NCBI GenBank assembly: GCA_977020255.1
Contig: CDROCS010006690.1
Coordinates: 1-64,000, forward strand
Reading direction: 5' to 3'
Source of the DNA: Obrimoposthia wandeli
Taxonomy: Eukaryota
Length of the DNA: 64,000 nt
Shown: positions 60,625 through 64,000 of the stretch, one piece after another
How positions within the stretch are numbered: the stretch's first letter is position 1
Layout of the letters: every line of letters begins with the position of its first letter
The notes under the pieces: model-generated
What the model saw: the letters and a program-made list of their open reading frames with translations, nothing else
Told to the model about the DNA's origin: nothing
Databases searched by the model: none
Position numbers and translations under genes: made by a program

Positions 60625-60659
60625 CTAAAAAGATTAAATATTTTAAAAAAATAAGTTAC

Positions 60660-60671
60660 CTCTAAATTCAT
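60660..60671 (-). CDS. IPMK: IPMK candidate first coding exon (MNLE)
   Basis: ATG AAT TTA GAG/gtaact, then a 35-nt intron. An in-frame upstream ATG at 60740 is an alternative start. Confidence 0.5.
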
Positions 60672-63331
60672 TTTAAAATGGAAATTAATAAATCTACTAT
60701 TAAAATATAGTAAACTTTTTGACGATATATAACTCTGCATAAGAATAACACTACAAAACTATTTTAACCAATGAAATCCACTTTAACAAATATCAGAAAT
60801 TTTAATGCAACACAATAATTGTAGTAATAGTAATATTTATTTTCGTCAATTTATTTTTTAACAATTTAAATCTAAAAACCATAACAAATTAATTTAGAAA
60901 CATTTTGAAGTAGACAGCTACGCCGTCTACTTCCGGTTCCTATGCTAATAATACCTTATACATAAAAATGAGTTTAAATTCATAAATATCAACATAAATT
61001 TTGTACAAATAGTAAAAGAAATAGTAAACAGCAACTATTTTGCATAAATAAATTTAATATAAGTTGATGTTTTAATGCATTACAATAAAATGACAAATAA
61101 ATATTTTAAATTCGAACAAACACATTGAATAATATTTTATCTAAAGTTTTCGAGTAATTTTTAGTTTTACTGGATATTACAATCAATTATCAGATAAAAC
61201 ATAGTCAAAATAAGTGGAAGGTTTTTAAGCAATTAATCATATTGATTAGAAAAAAAAACTAGAAATACCAGCACGAGGAAACAACAATGAGATTAAATAG
61301 CTTTAAAATATAAATTACTTGGCAATTTCAAAAAGAAACAGAAGTATTTTCAGAAATTATATCTCAATTTAAATTTTTCTAAAATGGTTATATACAAATT
61401 ATTGAAATGTCATCTTTTAATCTTGGTATACATCAATATTTTTTTGTTAAAATTCAGTTTAGCATAATCAATATATTTTGGTGTTTTAAACTATACTTTA
61501 AAATGTACTAAAACTTCCCATAAAAGCACGATTAAAATAGTTTAAAGGCCCTTATTTTGAACTAATATGTTTAACTATTATATAGATTAAATTTTATAAA
61601 GAATATTTATTATTCATTTAAAATTAAATAAATGGAATTTGAAAAAAATCATTCATTCACCTAAGCAATTAATTTTATGTATTTGACTTGAAATGAGCAG
61701 ACTGTATACTTTAGAATAAATGAATTTGTACTTTTATTATGATTAGCTCAATAATGTTCAGATAATTGCTGGTTTAGAATATGAATTGCGTGTATTTATG
61801 ATTTTAATAAATTTTTCTTCGTCGAAAAAACTTCACATTCACATTGTTTGAAAATGTCCACAACCTGAAAAGGGTTATCAATCCCAAACCGAGTGCAACA
61901 ATGGGAAGACAAATTTAAGCTGTTATCTGTGTTGGGAATAATGTTTAAATTAATTTACCGAAGTGTCCGTAGTCAACAGTGATTTTTAAAAAAAGCGATG
62001 GCCAGTTTTTATCCTCTGTTTCGCGGTGAGAAAATTGCATGCGAAGTAAGAGATAAGACAGAATGAATTATTGCATCCTCTATCGATTTTCTGCCTGTCC
62101 AATTTCAAGTGCACCACATACACACATGTTATTTTACTGCCTCTATCTGTGTAATGATGCTGATTTAGGAATGTGTGTCTGCAAATTTATACAATGTCAC
62201 TTACGACAGAAAATGATTATAAAATTCTTTAGCATAAAGAGATTTGATAAAATTTCTAAAAGCAATTTTTAAATTGTTGCTGATATTACTAAATTGTTGC
62301 TAATGAATTAGTTGGAATTAATAATCAAATATAACATATGTGGCTACATGCTTGACATTCCCGCGAAGTCACTTGTAATTCTGACAGCAAAACGATAGTA
62401 AATTCCGTTTAATCATCGGTCAGAATGTATATTTTCCTCTATTTTAACAACTTTGCCTAATTTTGCTGCACATCGAAATAGCCTTCCTGGAAACAGCAGT
62501 AGCAGGCTCGATAGCATCTAAACTCGGTCCTGTGGTCCTTCTCATTGCAACAACTGTGTGTTTCTCTTCATTTACATTGCGTCCCTACGCCAGGCCGCTA
62601 ACTGTGAGGGACCATATGTGCGCACAATCTGCCATAATAAAACATCATATGAACATTATGTTTTGAATTTTACAATAAACTAGCTACCAAATGTGAATTT
62701 TAAAAAAAAACTTTACTTTTTCATTAATACGTTAAAGAATTTTTAAAACCACAATTTACTTGTTATTAATTGCAGCTGTATAATTCAGTAATATATAAAA
62801 TAATTTTCGAGTTCATGTTTACTGGGATGAAACTTTACAATTGTATATATAAATAATCGGAGTTCATGAATCTTTCATTAGTTTTTTATGATTTAAATTT
62901 CTTTAAAATATATATTTATTGTGTTAATCTGCTTTTAATCTGTAAGTAACATATAATTCTATACATTGTCCTGGTTTAAAAGAAATTGTTAAATGTTTTA
63001 ATAACTTCAATTCTTTATATTAATATAATTATTTATTTGAAAATAGTCAACGTCTTTTATATTTAAAATTGAAACAAAACGTTGACAAGAATTTTTAAAA
63101 TTTTATACCTTCTAAGTGCTAAAGTTTATTTTAGAAAATCAATATTATTTACAGTTCTATTTTTTAAATCTTTTATTTATTATAATATAATATTGAATTC
63201 AACTGAAAAGTTTAAACTGGTATTTGAACTCAAAATTGGACTTTACACTTTATTCATCATTGATATAACATCGTCTAAACAATGTAGTTCAGTCAGATGC
63301 TATGTTCAATTCAAATTTTGCTCTTTTGCAG

Positions 63332-64000
63332 CTTACAGCTGATGTTAGCACAAAAAGTCGCAAAATTATTGGAATTAAAGATATTGTGGATCTTGTGGAA
63401 ACATTAAAGTTTGACTCAGATGTCGAAATATCGGAATTATCTATTGATAACTGTGATAAAAGGACTTTTGCTATAAAAATGTTGTTTAAAACAGAAAAAA
63501 ATTATATTAAAAAAATACAACTGTTACTTACTGATGTTTTTTCAATTTTCAAAAAAGAAAGCAAGAAGGTTGGAAAGAAATTGATAAATTCGTCTGATGT
63601 TATATCTCTTTATCAATATTTCCCAACTATATATGATATACATTATAATATGAACATAGAACTTCGAGATGCAATAGAAAAAGGTGAAAATATTGGACAT
63701 ATTCTTGTTAAATATCTTTCTAAGGACGACTTGTTAAATTGTTATATTGAATACGTTGAAAAGTGTACAAATTATCTGGAAATCTGCTTGAATGTTCGTT
63801 CTGGAGATACAACTAAATTCCCATTTTTAAATCAATTGGAACAAATAATAATGCTTCCAATCCAGAGATTTCCTCAATTTGAATGTGCAATTGGAGAAAT
63901 TTATTCTAATACACCAAGCAGACATTCAGATAAAGTACAACTGTTCAGAGCACTGAATGTTGTGAAGTCGATTTCTTTGAAATTGGATAGAGCTCGAAAA
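63332..64000 (+). CDS. RhoGEF Dbl-homology (DH) domain exon, runs off the window (not in the ORF track)
   Basis: Acceptor ttttgcag and an open frame to the end. KRTFAIKMLFKTEKNY...IMLPIQRFPQF...ILSNTPSRHSDKVQLFRALNVV. In-frame ATG at 63302. Confidence 0.85.

Noticed and set aside
62463-62666. Upstream exon of the RhoGEF gene
   Set aside because: It is GC-richer, but I found no recognisable motif or convincing splice pair.

Overview
This is AT-rich eukaryotic genomic DNA, probably from an invertebrate. The taxon cannot be determined from the sequence alone. All domain calls are by-eye motif matches, with no database searches run. The first 23 kb hold a giant minus-strand Ty3/Gypsy LTR retrotransposon. 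Its 5' LTR is 20384-22973, the 3' LTR is cut by the window start, and the projected length is about 24.5 kb. It has satellite-filled LTRs and a tRNA-Met PBS. The coding region reads gag(CCHC) - ubiquitin-like - AT-hook - Bcl-2-like - chuvirus/gB-like envelope glycoprotein - protease 1 - BIR - BIR-like - RING - protease 2 - RT - RNase H - integrase - 3x 'YFDG' repeat - active dual-specificity phosphatase - pseudophosphatase. Three putative type I membrane proteins and three RING-H2 ORFs follow. This looks like a cell-death and signalling control kit of the kind seen in large DNA viruses, carried by a retroelement, with env placed in front of pol. Several frame breaks are single-base or short-duplication lesions, so the intact element may encode one very long polyprotein. 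The rest of the window holds a 5-exon inositol polyphosphate multikinase gene (minus, 33943-60671) and a divergent RhoGEF DH-domain exon at the right edge. It also has an orphan MGCC-starting ORF and many transposons: a deleted piggyBac, a near-intact DD37D maT, a MULE with a 9-bp TSD, BEL/Pao and LINE remnants, and a short solo LTR related to the giant element.
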